Source: an uncultured bacterium (GTDB lineage: Bacteria; Patescibacteriota; Minisyncoccia; Phycocordibacterales; UBA6065). Taken from it: a stretch of 64,000 bases of DNA. The notes beneath the pieces are model-generated. The model was given only the letters and a program-made list of their open reading frames with translations. It was not told the origin of the DNA and searched no databases. A program made the position numbers and the translations under genes. The DNA lies in NCBI GenBank assembly GCA_963841935.1, contig CAWJEP010000001.1, forward strand, positions 141,302-205,301, written 5' to 3'. Each line of letters starts with the position of its first letter. Position 1 is the stretch's first letter. Positions 51,504-62,115 of the stretch are shown piece after piece.

Positions 51504-52764
51504 ATTTCACATCATTGAGCGAAAGAATGACTCGGATGCCGTAGAACATCAAAATGCCGAGGACGACGAGGAGGCCTTGAATATCCGTGCCGATGAGGAT
51601 GAGAGTGGCGGCGACCGAGCTTATGATATAGGCGAGAGGACGAGCCGTTCGGAATAGGGTGATCTTTTCTATGTCTCTGCCGTTGATTTTCTTGAAGAAA
51701 TAAGTGTCGGACATTACTTCCGCGGACGCCGCGCCGACGCGAGTGGTAAATAGCAAAATTCCCCAAATGAAAACATTGCCGTCGCCGTATATGGCGCAGA
51801 GCAAAGTGCCGACCGCCATTATGAGAAACCCGAGAGCGATAAATCTTTTCTCACCCCAGCCGTGGTCTGAATAAAATCCTTCAGGTATGCCGACCAAGAC
51901 GAAGGGCAAAAGCATTATCGAAAAAAGTATGCCGATGGTCGTCCATGAGAATCCTATGTATTGGTGGAGATATATCGGCGTGTAAATAATCATCCACGCG
52001 TAGAAGAATTGAACGAGGATTTCGCAAATATAAATACCGCGCATATCTCGGTCTTTGAGAAATTCCGATATAGCCGTCCAGAAACGCGCTTTGGAATATT
52101 CAGGGTCTTTAAATCCCTGAAAACTTCCGGCGATGAGAACGATTGATAGAGTGAGAATGCCGGCGATGGCGAAGAAGACGCGAGAAAAATTATCACTCGA
52201 GCCGAGGAGAAGCGCCGCTATAAGCGGCGCGAGGAGCCAGCCGAGGTTGTCGGCGGTGTAATAAATACCGCGAATGTCGCCGGTTTTGTTTTGGGTGGAG
52301 AAATCCTCAAGCAAGGCGTCGAGGGTAAAATTGATGAGTGCAACAGAAGCGAAGCTCGTCATAAAAAATACTATGACGGCAAGAGTGCCCGGCGCGAAGG
52401 CGAGGACGATGAGCGAGACGAATTCAATGAGACAGAGGGCGAGCGTTACGACAATATTGCCGAAGCGCCGCAGAACTCGGAGGACGCAGGCGAAAGCGAT
52501 AAGAGCAAGAATGGAAGCGGCGGTGTAGACCACGCCGACCATGGCGTTGCCTGTAAATTGAGCGAGGAATGTTGAAGTGATGTATGTCGGAATCGCTGAA
52601 TGAAGGTTGAAAAGAAAAGCGATGAGGTAGAGCGCAAACCTGCTTTTTTTCCATGTCGTGTCGGGCATGGGAAAAGTATAACCTGCCAGTGTCAGGCGGG
52701 CAAAAGAAAAAGCGAACATATTTCTACGCTCGCTCTGATTTTGATTCAGACTTTTTGAGGACAA
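51502..52764 (-). CDS. MFS transporter (12 TMS)
   Basis: Hydropathy pattern, 420 aa. Confidence 0.7.
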   Translation of the reverse strand: MSSKSLNQNQSERRNMFAFSFARLTLAGYTFPMPDTTWKKSRFALYLIAFLFNLHSAIPTYITSTFLAQFTGNAMVGVVYTAASILALIAFACVLRVLRRFGNIVVTLALCLIEFVSLIVLAFAPGTLAVIVFFMTSFASVALINFTLDALLEDFSTQNKTGDIRGIYYTADNLGWLLAPLIAALLLGSSDNFSRVFFAIAGILTLSIVLIAGSFQGFKDPEYSKARFWTAISEFLKDRDMRGIYICEILVQFFYAWMIIYTPIYLHQYIGFSWTTIGILFSIMLLPFVLVGIPEGFYSDHGWGEKRFIALGFLIMAVGTLLCAIYGDGNVFIWGILLFTTRVGAASAEVMSDTYFFKKINGRDIEKITLFRTARPLAYIISSVAATLILIGTDIQGLLVVLGILMFYGIRVILSLNDVK

Positions 52765-53488
52765 AGGTAATCCCGCATCCTAAATACTTTCCTAAACACC
52801 AATCTAATGGGTAGGAAAGCAGTCGTGACATGATAGGACTTACAACATTTTGACGCCAGTTCTTTTTTAAGGAAAGCGGCGGTATAACAGCGAAACCCTT
52901 AGTATCAAGGATCACAAAACCTTGTTGAACAACAATCTTCTTAAAGTCCCAGTAAGTAAATTGTTCACGCCGGTAAAGAGATTGGTGCCGCGCAAGGCCC
53001 CTGTTAATAATTGTTGTCCAAATTACATAGAGCGAAAGCTTATTGGCCATACTTACGGCAGCAATCCCCGATGGCCTGAGTACTCTATGGATTTCCGAGA
53101 TCATCTTTTCTATGGAAGGTACGTGCATTGAAGTTCCTATAGATACAATGACATCGAACTCAGCTTTCCCAAAAGGCATATCCATCAAACTACCATCAAT
53201 CAGTCTAGATGAAGTCACTTTTTGCGTCAGTTTGAGCATTTCTTGATTGATATCAAGGCTCGTAACTGAGTATCCAAGACTTTCAAGAAGTCTTGAATGG
53301 ATCCCCCTGCCACATCCAGCATCAAGCGCTTGCAGACCTTTTGTGCTGGGGATATTTTTTTTCAACTGCTTCCAAACATACAGCGCTTGTTTCTTGAAGA
53401 ACCATGAGCGGTTATCATGATCCTCTTCAGGATTCCACCAACTCACATCGGCATTCTTAAAGAATGTCTCGATCGTTTTATGATTCAT
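52724..53488 (-). CDS. Class I SAM-dependent methyltransferase
   Basis: LDAGCGRGIHS motif I. Confidence 0.7.
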   Translation of the reverse strand: MNHKTIETFFKNADVSWWNPEEDHDNRSWFFKKQALYVWKQLKKNIPSTKGLQALDAGCGRGIHSRLLESLGYSVTSLDINQEMLKLTQKVTSSRLIDGSLMDMPFGKAEFDVIVSIGTSMHVPSIEKMISEIHRVLRPSGIAAVSMANKLSLYVIWTTIINRGLARHQSLYRREQFTYWDFKKIVVQQGFVILDTKGFAVIPPLSLKKNWRQNVVSPIMSRLLSYPLDWCLGKYLGCGITFVLKKSESKSERA

Positions 53489-54314
53489 CTTTCATTCCTA
53501 TGGTTGAGGCAAAGCGCCCTTCGATTTTCTTGGCTTCTGGGGTTCCTGCAGCTAGATTGGAGAAAAACATTTTATGCTCGCAAACAGTACAAAGATTCGT
53601 ATCGTATATATTTTCTGCCAATACCCCCTCTGACAATAATTGCTGGGTCAGGAGCGATTGTAAATCAAATCTATTATTGGCGAAAAAAGAAGCTGATGTC
53701 CCATAATAAACGCCAACATCATCTTTGATTCTATTCCAGGCACCCGATAATTTCAGGTCATAATGGCATTTCCGAATAGACGGGAAAATGACAACCTCGA
53801 TATCTTTTGGATTGGAATGATACTCTTGAACCATGCAACGAACGGTGCTAGTCAATATTTGATTTACAGCACCGATGAGTCCCGCATGAGCCAAGGCGCA
53901 AACAGACTTCTGTTTGTCGAAAAGACCCACAGCCGCACAGTCAGCAGAGAGGATGGTGGGGAATACATTCTTCATGTCAGTTACTACCGCATCAATTCCC
54001 GCCTGCCATTCTGGGTTACTATGCGCAGGATTTATAACCGGGAATAAATTTCCACCCGAAACATACACTCCCGTATCGCTTTTCAACAACGGCGATGATT
54101 TCGGTAAGCTAAGAACTCGATTGCTGTGAGACAAAGGCATAAACAAAATATGTTTTTTATCTACGCCAAGCTCTTCTGCGAGATCGCCCCTTTTCTGAAG
54201 TACAATAGTTTGATCTCCAGTACGAATGGATAGATTACCAAGAGTTTTGGTGGAGAATCCATGAACTAGTTTTTTGTGTTTTTTCCAAAATGCTACGCTA
54301 TATAGTTTTTTCAT
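53478..54314 (-). CDS. YfiH/PgeF-family (DUF152) purine nucleoside/peptidoglycan-editing enzyme
   Basis: LSADCAAVGLFD ... ALAHAGLIG motifs. Confidence 0.65.
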   Translation of the reverse strand: MKKLYSVAFWKKHKKLVHGFSTKTLGNLSIRTGDQTIVLQKRGDLAEELGVDKKHILFMPLSHSNRVLSLPKSSPLLKSDTGVYVSGGNLFPVINPAHSNPEWQAGIDAVVTDMKNVFPTILSADCAAVGLFDKQKSVCALAHAGLIGAVNQILTSTVRCMVQEYHSNPKDIEVVIFPSIRKCHYDLKLSGAWNRIKDDVGVYYGTSASFFANNRFDLQSLLTQQLLSEGVLAENIYDTNLCTVCEHKMFFSNLAAGTPEAKKIEGRFASTIGMKDES

Positions 54315-54425
54315 GTTTTATTCAGTTTTTAAGATCCATATTATCCATGGTGATAATAACATCTCTCTTGTATTAGGTCAACTGAAGCCTTAAGTTTTTC
54401 CAAAAAATCCGAGCTTCCCCCTTTT

Positions 54426-54491
54426 CTATATCCCAAGCAAAACAGGAATGACGAGAGGTCTCTTTGCCGTCGATTGGAAGAGAAAGCGCGA
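54426..54491 (-). repeat. Diverged copy of the RNase J 3' end (last 21 codons + stop), non-coding context
   Basis: Encodes SRFLFQSTAKRPLVIPVLLGI* vs rnj SRFLFQATAKRPLVIPVLLGI*; about 25% nt divergence, almost all synonymous; no usable in-frame start nearby. Confidence 0.8.
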
Positions 54492-54517
54492 TTCGCGATT
54501 TTTTCCAAGATGATGTC

Positions 54518-54555
54518 TCGGGCATATGAAAAAGTATAGCAAATAAAAAAGACCC
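54518..54555 (-). terminator. Rho-independent terminator for the 54563-55153 gene
   Basis: AGACCCGC-loop-GCGGGTCT followed by TTTTTTA on the minus strand. Confidence 0.65.
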
Positions 54556-54562
54556 GCCACGA

Positions 54563-55153
54563 TTATGTAGTGCGGGTCTTTCGGCTGATGATTCCCACTA
54601 ACGGAACGGACGCGTGAAGGAATATGCAGAGCGTGGGGTAGACGAGGTCGATCCATTGATGCCTCCACCTCAAGATGACCACCTCCATCGCAATTACATA
54701 TGATCCGCACCACATCCACCAAGGGAATGGATCTTCGCATGAAGGCGTTTTCCAAACATTCCTCCATGTTGGAATAAATCCCGTAATGATAGCGACCTGA
54801 ACAATCAGATTTCCGTAAGTGGCCGTTGTCATTTTCCAAACGACGGCCGCCGCGATTCCTATTGTCAGCGCGCACCAGTCTATGGCGTTCAGTTTTTTAA
54901 ACTTTCCGCCGGAGAACGCCAAGACGAATGTTCCGACGCAAAGCAGAATGTTCGCGAGAGGGATGAGGCTTTTCCAGATATCACCCGACGCGACGAAGTA
55001 ACTTGAAGTGCTGATGATGGCGATTACGGACCAAATGGCCCATGTCGCCCCGTTTGGTTTGGTCGTGCCTCGGATTACATTGCGGTTGTATTCTATGTAA
55101 GCGTAAGCATACAGAGCGCAAGACAGGGCCGCCAGAATTTTGCTAGGTTGCAC
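54563..55153 (-). CDS. Hypothetical integral membrane protein (six TM helices, Trp-rich)
   Basis: Hydropathy only; lies between the two rnj-tail copies. Confidence 0.5.
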   Translation of the reverse strand: MQPSKILAALSCALYAYAYIEYNRNVIRGTTKPNGATWAIWSVIAIISTSSYFVASGDIWKSLIPLANILLCVGTFVLAFSGGKFKKLNAIDWCALTIGIAAAVVWKMTTATYGNLIVQVAIITGFIPTWRNVWKTPSCEDPFPWWMWCGSYVIAMEVVILRWRHQWIDLVYPTLCIFLHASVPLVGIISRKTRTT

Positions 55154-55251
55154 AGAGTGCCTTTTGTTGAGGGTTGTTTCTTTGAAATTGGTTCTTCAAT
55201 GTCGAGGAGCTTTCATTTTGGAATATATCACACTAAAACCAAAAGTCAAAT

Positions 55252-57084
55252 TTATATCCCGAGAAGCACCGGAATGACGAGAGGACGTTTAGCAGTAGCT
55301 TGGAAAAGAAAGCGGGACAAAGCGTCGGTAACCGTGCCTTTGACGAACTCGACATTGATTGGGTGGGCGCCGACGGTCGAGTCTTCGATGGTTTTCTTTG
55401 TGATGTGTCTAGCTTCACGAAGCAAATCTTGCGATTCGCGCAAATAGACGAAGCCGCGGGAAATGATGTCCGGAGATTTTTTGAGATACCCCGTGCGGGC
55501 GTCAATGACGGCGATGACGATAAACATTCCGTCTTGGGCGAGCATTTGTCGGTCCCTGATGACGACTTCTTGGATGTTGCCGATGGAGAAACCATCCACC
55601 ATCATCACGCCGTCGCCGGCTTTGACCGGAAGCTTTACGAATTTCGTGCCATTCTCTTGGATTTCCATTATGTCGCAGTCGTCGGGAACGATAATATTTT
55701 CTTTCGGCGTGCCGAGAGATTCCGCCAGGTCGGCGTGGAGGCGAAGCATATAATGGTTGCCGTGAATCGGCATAAAGAATTTGGCTTTTATTTTTTTGTG
55801 AAGCCATTCTATTTCGCCTCTATTGCCGTGGCCGGTCGAGTGGATGTAGACGTCCGATGTGCGGTAGTGGATGATTTTCGCTCCGCGCCTCGCGATATTG
55901 TCTTTGAGTTTCTGGACGCTTTCTTCGTTGCCCGGGATGATTGAAGACGAGAGCAAGACCGTATCGCGGTTGTTGAAATGAATCGTTTTGTGTTCCTTAG
56001 TCGCCATTCTCATAAGCGCGGCGAAATCTTCGCCTTGAGCGCCGGTGGCAAGGACGACGATTCGCTCCGGCGGATAGCGGTCGATATCGGTTGAAGGAAT
56101 TATGGTGTCTTTTTTGACTTTCAATACGCCCGCCAAGATGGCAATATCCACGTTGGCTTTCATGCTTCGTCCTTCCGTGACTATTTTCTTTCCGTATTTT
56201 TCCGCTGACATGATAATGGCGCACATGCGTTCGAGCTGACTGGCGAAAGTGCCGATGATGAGACGGCCTTTGATGGCGCGGATGATTTCGTCGAGGTTTT
56301 TATGAACTAGACGTTCCGGCGTGGAGAATCCGGGATTCTCAATGTTCGTCGAGTCGGTCATGAGAAGCAGAACTTTTTGTCCGTCGAAAATCGAGTAGCT
56401 TTTTTCTTCGGCTTCAGTCGGCACGCCGTCCACGTGGTCGAGTTTGTAGTCGCTCGGGATTACCATCCAACCGAAGGGCGTTTCGATAACGAGACCCATG
56501 GAGTCCGGCACCGTGTGAGTGACGGCGAAAAATCTCACGGGAATATTTCCGAGCTTCAAATGGTCGCTGTTCTCGACGATTTTGATATTGAGCGGCGCGA
56601 GATGGGGGAATTCCGCCTGTCGTTTCTGAATCATTATGGCCGTGAGATTTCTCGTGTAAATCGTCGGGTTGCCTATGCGGTCGATAATGTATGGTAATCC
56701 GCCGATGTGGTCGAGGTGGGCGTGAGAGATGACGAGACCGCGGATTTTGTCTTTGTTGTCCTCAAGATATTTTATATTGGGTAAAATGTAATCAATACCC
56801 GGCGTGTTCTCGTCCTTAAACTGGAAGCCGGCGTCAATGACTATGATGTCGCCTTTATATTCGACCGCAGTCATATTGCGACCGATTTCTTCCACGCCGC
56901 CGAGCGGAATAATGCGGATGTTGTCTCCGGCGGACGGGATTGCCGCCGCCGGCGTTCCGTCCGCCGACGGATAAGTATCTTTGCGTGCGAAATGCGAGCG
57001 GCGCATTGGCGGCCGTGAATTTGGTCTTCGGTTCGGCCGTCTTTGACCTCTCGGTCTCGCCGGCGCTGGGGTGTTTCTTTCCAT
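55252..57084 (-). CDS. rnj: Ribonuclease J (metallo-beta-lactamase/beta-CASP)
   Basis: HxHxDH motif VISHAHLDHIGG, beta-CASP, C-terminal KRPLVIPVL tail; 55-aa Arg-rich N-terminal extension if the first ATG is used. Confidence 0.85.
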   Translation of the reverse strand: MERNTPAPARPRGQRRPNRRPNSRPPMRRSHFARKDTYPSADGTPAAAIPSAGDNIRIIPLGGVEEIGRNMTAVEYKGDIIVIDAGFQFKDENTPGIDYILPNIKYLEDNKDKIRGLVISHAHLDHIGGLPYIIDRIGNPTIYTRNLTAIMIQKRQAEFPHLAPLNIKIVENSDHLKLGNIPVRFFAVTHTVPDSMGLVIETPFGWMVIPSDYKLDHVDGVPTEAEEKSYSIFDGQKVLLLMTDSTNIENPGFSTPERLVHKNLDEIIRAIKGRLIIGTFASQLERMCAIIMSAEKYGKKIVTEGRSMKANVDIAILAGVLKVKKDTIIPSTDIDRYPPERIVVLATGAQGEDFAALMRMATKEHKTIHFNNRDTVLLSSSIIPGNEESVQKLKDNIARRGAKIIHYRTSDVYIHSTGHGNRGEIEWLHKKIKAKFFMPIHGNHYMLRLHADLAESLGTPKENIIVPDDCDIMEIQENGTKFVKLPVKAGDGVMMVDGFSIGNIQEVVIRDRQMLAQDGMFIVIAVIDARTGYLKKSPDIISRGFVYLRESQDLLREARHITKKTIEDSTVGAHPINVEFVKGTVTDALSRFLFQATAKRPLVIPVLLGI

Positions 57085-57126
57085 GATTTTGTTGTTATTA
57101 ATTTTTAATTATTTTTTTATTAATTT

Positions 57127-58846
57127 TTATTTTTGGACAAATACGCTCCAGACTCTGTCCGTGTCTATGTACCACTGCCAAATATTTTCAAACCTGTCGG
57201 CAGATACGGTAATCGGTCCGAGAGAAATATTTTTTATGTCGCTTGGCACGGCATATATGAAATCCGGCGAATAAAGAAACACCGCCGGCGTGTCGGAAGC
57301 GACATAAGACAGAAATTGCTGCTCGTCTTTTGTTTGCGCCGCGACGTTCGAAGTCTGTCTCATATCGGAGAGAACTTTGTCTGCCTTGACGTTTACGTAT
57401 TCCGCCACGTTGAGTCCCGGATAATTTCTCTGCGACGACGCCCAGAAAGCGTAAAGGTCCGGATGGTCGCCGAGCACCATGCCGAGAAGCAGTGCGTCGT
57501 AGTTTCTGGTCTCTACCACCGTCTGCGCTAGGTCGCTTTGGTTGAAAACTTTCACGTCCACCTGCGCGCCGAGACTACCCCAAGCGTCTTTCAAAATATC
57601 GGCCGTGGCGGAAAGGTCGCTGATGTCGCCGGTCGATACGGAAAACGAAAGCGGCGTTGACGTTTTCTTTGAAGTTTTCTCCAGAGTTCCATTTATGTTT
57701 TTCCAGCCGTCTTTCGAGAGCGTGCTCGACGCCAATGCGAAAGAAGCGCTGTCGGTCGCGGTGTCGAGGGACGTCGTCAGAGGTCCGTCCAGAGGCACGC
57801 CGTATCCGTCTAGGACATTTTTGACTATTTCTTGCTTCGGCGCCGATTCATCGAGAGCCACGCGGATGGCTTTGTCCGCGAAAATGGCGTTTTGGTTTTG
57901 GTTGAAGAAAAGCCCAAAGATTCTGGTAAAAGGGGACACAAGCGTTTTCATGCCCTTTAATTCGATGGGCATGGTCGAAGGGTCGATGTTCGCCATAGCG
58001 CATCTACGGCGCCGTCCTTCAAAGCGTCGAAAGCGCTTCGCTCTGGTCGGAGAAGATTTTAAAACGATACCGAATCTATAAACGGCGCGCCTAGAGAAAA
58101 TCTCGTCGAAAGCCGACATATCGTATTCTATCGGCACACCGGAAGAATCGCGCGAAATCGAACTGACTTTATAAGGACCGGACCCCACGGGCATGGTGTT
58201 TTCGTCGGTAAAAGAGAAATTATCATCGCTCTCGTTTTGCCAAATGTGTTTCGGTAGAATGCCGAGAGTCGTGTCGTATACAAAAAAAGCGTATGGCTGT
58301 TTGAGCGTGAAAGAAATTTCTTTCGGAGTTTATGACTTTGACGGAGACGCCATTCCAGTCGGCGAATTCTGGACTTTTAAGCGCCGGGTCTTCGGCTTTG
58401 AGCACGGTAAAAGCGATGTCATCGGCGGTTACCGGTGTGCCGTCTTGGAAAGTCGCGGTCGGTTTTATGAAAAAAGTGTAAGTCAATGTGTCGGTCGAGA
58501 CGCTGTAAGACTCCGCGAGGTCAGGTATTAAAGAACCGTCAGGCATCTCGCGCGTAAGCCCCGAATATACCAAAGAGGAAAGGTCGCGGTCGCTGTCGGA
58601 CATGGCCAAAAGGGGATTTATGAAGCGCGGCGTACCGACTAGGGCTTCGGAAAAAGAGCCGCCGCGCGCCGGTATCGTGACGAGGAAAAAATCATTGATT
58701 TTTACGAGAAGCCAGAGGACACTTGCCGTAAAGATTAGCGCGGCGGCGAAAAAAGCCGCTCGCTCGGCGGCCGAGAAAGTCTTGACGGTATCTTCTATGT
58801 TATCGAGCCGCTTGATGCGCCACTCTTTTTTGAAAAAAGATTTCAC
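57127..58846 (-). pseudogene. ABC substrate-binding protein family 5 (OppA/DppA-like), +1 frameshift near plus 58317-58324
   Basis: The 58223-58846 frame gives TM anchor ...DGTPVTADDIAFT...SVKVINSERN. The 57127-58194 frame read upstream gives EISFTLKQPYAFFVYDTTLGILPKHIWQNESDD...NTMPVGSGPYK. The switch is at a GAAAGAAAT run. Confidence 0.75.
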
Positions 58847-58901
58847 GAAAGGTCTATTTAATGTAGATTTGCGCTTTTAAGCGCGCTTAAAAGTTTAAAG
58901 A

Positions 58902-59129
58902 TTAGAAGATGATGGCCACAAGTGCCGCGAGAGCGAATATTACCGCCAAGACTATCGTCGCCATGAATAGTGTTTTCTCAAAGCCGCGGCGCGTGTGAAA
59001 AGACGCGCTGAAATTCTGGCTCGCGCCCAAAGCGCCTCCCATCGAGGATGCCGAGCGCTGGAGGAGTATCGCGGTTATGAGAATCGCCGAGGCGATAATC
59101 TGTATGTAAGGCAGTAAGCTTGGTGCCAT
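58902..59129 (-). CDS. secG: Preprotein translocase subunit SecG
   Basis: 75 aa, two TM helices, LLQRSASSMGGALG loop typical of SecG. Confidence 0.65.
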   Translation of the reverse strand: MAPSLLPYIQIIASAILITAILLQRSASSMGGALGASQNFSASFHTRRGFEKTLFMATIVLAVIFALAALVAIIF

Positions 59130-59193
59130 AATCGTGTTTAGGATGCTATCACGTAAGAAAATAAAAGAAAAGACCCCCCGTGAGGAGGGTCAG

Positions 59194-59535
59194 CTACGTT
59201 GTTTTTTTGCCGTGCGCGTTGGTTCCGAAGAAATCGAGGCCGACGCGACTTACGAGCTCTTTCGGGCTGAAGCGCCTATTTAGTCTTTGGGCTACATCTT
59301 CCGCAAGTCTGGTCCACGAGTGCTGGTCATCCAATCTTTCCAGACAAATGATATTCCCGAGAACAGTTACGGAACATACATTCGGCGTCTTTAAAATATC
59401 TTGGACTACACGCGGTATGATTTCGGCCAAATCCGACAGGTCATACCTCATTGAAGCTTTGCTCGGGCCGATGTACACGCTCAGACTCATATAGGCGCAA
59501 TCAGGATCGGAAGATACCTGCAACGCGTATTTCAT
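59194..59535 (-). CDS. Hypothetical protein
   Basis: ORF only. Confidence 0.3.
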   Translation of the reverse strand: MKYALQVSSDPDCAYMSLSVYIGPSKASMRYDLSDLAEIIPRVVQDILKTPNVCSVTVLGNIICLERLDDQHSWTRLAEDVAQRLNRRFSPKELVSRVGLDFFGTNAHGKKTT

Positions 59536-59894
59536 GGTTCTTATTTACTGCTCCGCATTTAACAACCGAATCGTATTTTTTGCAAGTTTTTACGGATTTT
59601 TCTTATCAACAGAATACTTGCTTTTTATTTTTTTGGTTGTATAGTTCACTTTGAACCCCTCCAGCCCCATTACCTCATGAAGCTACTCGCACTGATAGTT
59701 CTCGTCGTAGGAGTGATGTTTCTCGAGGTCATCGTCTTCATAGACCGGTCTCTTCGGTCGCAAACTTGAACCATTTTACGAAGACATCGCCAATCCTCCC
59801 TCGCCCTACAAGTCCGTCTGAATTCAATTCGACGGACTTTTTTATTTCCGATCTATGTTAAAATGGCATTTCCTTAATATTTAACCTTATTCAT

Positions 59895-60452
59895 ATGTAT
59901 ATACTCATAGCCATAGTAGTAATTCTCGTTTTGTGGGCGATTCTCGCTTACAACGGTTTCGTGAGGAAGGTAAATCACGTTTCCGAAGCTTGGTCGGACA
60001 TCGATGTCCAGCTCAAGCGCCGCTACGACCTTATTCCCAATCTCGTGAACACGGTCAAAGGTTACGCCACGCACGAGAAGACGGTTTTTGACGACGTGAC
60101 GAAAGCTCGCGCCGCGGCCATGGGCGCCGGCGACTTCGCCGCCAAAGCCAAAGCCGAGGATGGACTCTCCGGCGCTTTGAAATCCGTCTTTGCTATCGCC
60201 GAAAATTATCCGGAACTGAAAGCCAACCAAAATTTCCTCGATTTGCAGAACACTCTTTCCGACACGGAAGACAAAATCCAATCTGCGCGCCGTTTCTACA
60301 ACTCGACCGTGATGGAACTCAATACCGCCGCCGCTTCTTTTCCGGGCAATATGATAGCCAAAAAATTCGGCTTCCAGAAAAAGGAATTTTTCGGTCTTGG
60401 ACGCGTCGGATGCGGCGGCGAAAAATCCTGTCGATGTAAATTTTTAGTGTAG
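59895..60452 (+). CDS. lemA: LemA-family protein
   Basis: N-terminal TM then NGFVRKVNHVSEAWSDIDVQLKRRYDLIPNLV; paired with htpX. Confidence 0.75.
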   Translation: MYILIAIVVILVLWAILAYNGFVRKVNHVSEAWSDIDVQLKRRYDLIPNLVNTVKGYATHEKTVFDDVTKARAAAMGAGDFAAKAKAEDGLSGALKSVFAIAENYPELKANQNFLDLQNTLSDTEDKIQSARRFYNSTVMELNTAAASFPGNMIAKKFGFQKKEFFGLGRVGCGGEKSCRCKFLV

Positions 60453-60551
60453 CCGTGAAGCCTCGGCAGTCGAATATTATTTTCCGCGAAAACTCGCTTC
60501 GCTCAAACATTCTCGAAAAATAATATTAGCCGCCTGCGGAATTTTCAAACG

Positions 60552-61469
60552 ATGACACTATATACACAGCAGTCGAAAAATGTTTGGAGGACGTGGCTTC
60601 TGATGAGCCTTTTCCTCGTCGTCATCATCGTCCTTGGTTTTGCCATTTCTTACGCTTACGATTCGCCGGACATTCTCTACGTTGCCGTCATTTTCGCTGT
60701 CGGTATGAACATTATGGGCTATTGGTATTCGGACAAAATTGTCCTCAAGACTTCCGGCGCGACGGAAGCGGACAAAAGCCAATACCTCGTTCTCTACGAA
60801 GTCACGGAAAATCTCTGCATCACTGCCGGACTTCCGATGCCGAAGCTTTATGTTATTAACGACCCGGCGCCGAATGCTTTTGCCACGGGCCGCGACAAAA
60901 ATCACGCGGCCATCGCCGTGACGAGCGGACTTTTGGCGATGATGAACAGAAGCGAGCTCGAAGGCGTGATTTCCCACGAGATGTCGCACATTGGGAATCG
61001 CGACACGCTCCTCCAGACCATTGTCGTCATCCTGGTCGGCTTCGTGGCTTTGCTTTCCAATTTCTTTTTGCGAATGGGAATGTTTGGCGGCGGCAATCGG
61101 AGAAATAACGGCAATGTTCAGCTCATCGCTTTCATTATAGGTATCATCCTCGCAATCCTTTCTCCGATTGCCGCCGTCCTCATACAATTGGCGATTTCAC
61201 GAAAGAGGGAATTTCTCGCCGACGCTTCCGGCGCCTTGCTCACGAGGTATCCGGAGGGTTTGGCGAGCGCGCTAAAGAAAATTTCCGCGTACGACGGCAA
61301 ACCATTAGTGAAAGCTTCGCACGCGACGGCCCATCTCTATATTTCCGACCCGTATCCGAACACCGAGGCAAAAAAGAAGAGCGGTCTCGCCAAACTTTTT
61401 ATGACTCATCCGCCGGTCGAAGAAAGAATTGCCGCCCTTTTGGGCAAATCTGCCGGTGAGGCAGAATAA
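60552..61469 (+). CDS. htpX: HtpX-like M48 zinc metalloprotease
   Basis: HEMSHIGNRD HExxH motif, four TM helices. Confidence 0.8.
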   Translation: MTLYTQQSKNVWRTWLLMSLFLVVIIVLGFAISYAYDSPDILYVAVIFAVGMNIMGYWYSDKIVLKTSGATEADKSQYLVLYEVTENLCITAGLPMPKLYVINDPAPNAFATGRDKNHAAIAVTSGLLAMMNRSELEGVISHEMSHIGNRDTLLQTIVVILVGFVALLSNFFLRMGMFGGGNRRNNGNVQLIAFIIGIILAILSPIAAVLIQLAISRKREFLADASGALLTRYPEGLASALKKISAYDGKPLVKASHATAHLYISDPYPNTEAKKKSGLAKLFMTHPPVEERIAALLGKSAGEAE

Positions 61470-61473
61470 ATAT

Positions 61474-62115
61474 ATGGAAGAAAAAGAGCAAAAACCGAAA
61501 ATGACTTTCCTCGACCGTTATCTCGATGTCGATGAGCCGAAAGTCACTTATCTCACGCGCATCACGCTCATCGACAAGATTTTAGCCAAGACCGTTTTAC
61601 AGCTCATACCGTGGACCGTGCGTCCGAATATCGTCACGCGTTTCAGAATGATACTTATTCCGTTTGTGGCTTTCTTTTTGTTCACCAATCATTTCACTAT
61701 CGCGATGATACTTTTCCTCTTCGCCGCTTTTTCCGACGCCCTCGATGGCGCGATGGCGAGGACGAGACGGCAGATCACCGCGTGGGGGACTCTCTACGAT
61801 CCCATCGCCGATAAATTCCTCATCGGCATCACCACTCTCATCATCGTCTCGAAATATTTGAGCGTGAACCTCGCGCTCATTATTTGTTTCGTCGAAATCT
61901 GTCTCGTCTCCTCCGCTTATTTCCGTTACAAAGGCCGCATCGTGCCTGCGAAATCGATGGGCAAGATTAAAATGGTTCTTCAATGTCTCGGTCTCATCAT
62001 TCTTCTCGTCGGCATCATCGCGAGCTCGCCCGTGGTTCTTCTCATCTCCCATTACATTCTCGACCTCGCCATCGTCTTCGCCCTCCTCTCGCTCTTTGTT
62101 TTCCGTTCAATTTAG
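61474..62115 (+). CDS. CDP-alcohol phosphatidyltransferase (PgsA-like)
   Basis: DALDGAMAR...TAWGTLYDPIADK motif; start taken at MEEKEQ. Confidence 0.7.
   Translation: MEEKEQKPKMTFLDRYLDVDEPKVTYLTRITLIDKILAKTVLQLIPWTVRPNIVTRFRMILIPFVAFFLFTNHFTIAMILFLFAAFSDALDGAMARTRRQITAWGTLYDPIADKFLIGITTLIIVSKYLSVNLALIICFVEICLVSSAYFRYKGRIVPAKSMGKIKMVLQCLGLIILLVGIIASSPVVLLISHYILDLAIVFALLSLFVFRSI

Noticed and set aside
54426-54875. 149-aa minus-strand ORF ending with the RNase-J-like tail
   Set aside because: Upstream two-thirds is an alternate frame of the 54563-55153 membrane-protein gene and is separated from the tail by a terminator. Only the last 66 nt are meaningful (treated as a repeat).
60558-61187. 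209-aa minus-strand ORF
   Set aside because: Antisense to htpX (HExxH present on the plus strand).
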